From Lama glama (taxonomy: Eukaryota): a DNA stretch of 64,000 bases. The translations under genes and the position numbers were made by a program. Below, piece after piece: positions 63,551 to 64,000 of this stretch. The notes beneath the pieces were generated by a model that was given only the letters and a program-made list of their open reading frames with translations, searched no databases and was not told the DNA's origin. The number at the start of each line of letters is the position of its first letter. Position 1 is the first letter of the stretch. The DNA lies in assembly GCA_028534125.1 (NCBI GenBank), contig CM052818.1, forward strand, positions 6,140,001 to 6,204,000, given 5' to 3'.

Positions 63551-64000
63551 TGTTGCAGTTTGGATAACAAATGATATTGTCACCCTCCCTGAGACTCACA
63601 CCCTGCTCTGAGACTCACACAAGACCTGCAGAGATTCGCATGCATGTACGTGCACATGTGTGCGCGGTCCCAAACTGCCGGGAACCGTGCTGCAGAGACC
63701 AGGCTCCGATAAAACGGACTCTACCTCCACTTTCAGGAACTGCTTCGGGCAATTTAAGACTCTAACTTAAGAATGATTCACAGGAACCACTTCCCCAATA
63801 ACAGAATTGCCTTGAAAGTTGGTATATGATTTGTAGCTTTGCAGTTGGAAAACCGGGAAGTGATCATTCCTGGAAAAGATTCTTTTTACTGTGTCTGTTA
63901 AGTGCCTTTCTCAGACTCCGTTATTTTATCTCACATCCCTCAGGACCCTGCCCTTTGCTGCCTTCCAAGTAGCAATAAAATTCACCTTTTTGCTTCAACT
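63551..64000 (+). mobile_element. Probable ERV (class I-like) LTR, truncated by the window edge
   Basis: TGTTGC start, an internal 13-bp duplication, retained CpGs, and a pyrimidine-rich R-like region with AATAAA at 63974-63979 followed by a U5-like T-rich stretch. Confidence 0.55.

Noticed and set aside
1..64000. CRISPR array, operon or other prokaryotic/phage system; host-gene orientation inferred from repeat strand bias
   Set aside because: The sequence is clearly mammalian and repeat-rich, with no regularly spaced repeats or dense ORFs. The strand signals conflict (L1s lean plus, MaLR LTRs lean minus) and the counts are too small to infer a host gene.

Overview
This is mammalian nuclear DNA, most likely from a camelid (alpaca, llama or camel). 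The assignment rests on two tRNA-derived SINEs resembling camelid Vic-1 (~13.9 kb, ~36.6 kb) and on young L1 3' ends of the type I associate with camelids. I cannot support any protein-coding exon, functional RNA gene, CRISPR array or prokaryote-type system. The supplied ORFs are either LINE-1 fragments (sense or antisense) or have no recognisable homology. The window reads as intergenic or deep-intronic sequence densely layered with transposable elements. These include a decayed ERV-L pol/dUTPase remnant at the left edge, several generations of L1 (five with visible target-site duplications, one with an internal deletion), L2, MIR, MaLR/ERVL LTRs, hAT DNA transposons (MER20, MER58A, MER63, Charlie4-like), microsatellites, a 100-N assembly gap and a probable ERV LTR at the right edge. 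The best leads are modest: a few minus-strand exon-like segments that could belong to a spliced non-coding transcript, several motif clusters that could be enhancers, and some informative retroelement structures. Repeat family names come from recall of consensus sequences, not from a database search, and repeat boundaries are approximate unless a target-site duplication (TSD) is quoted.
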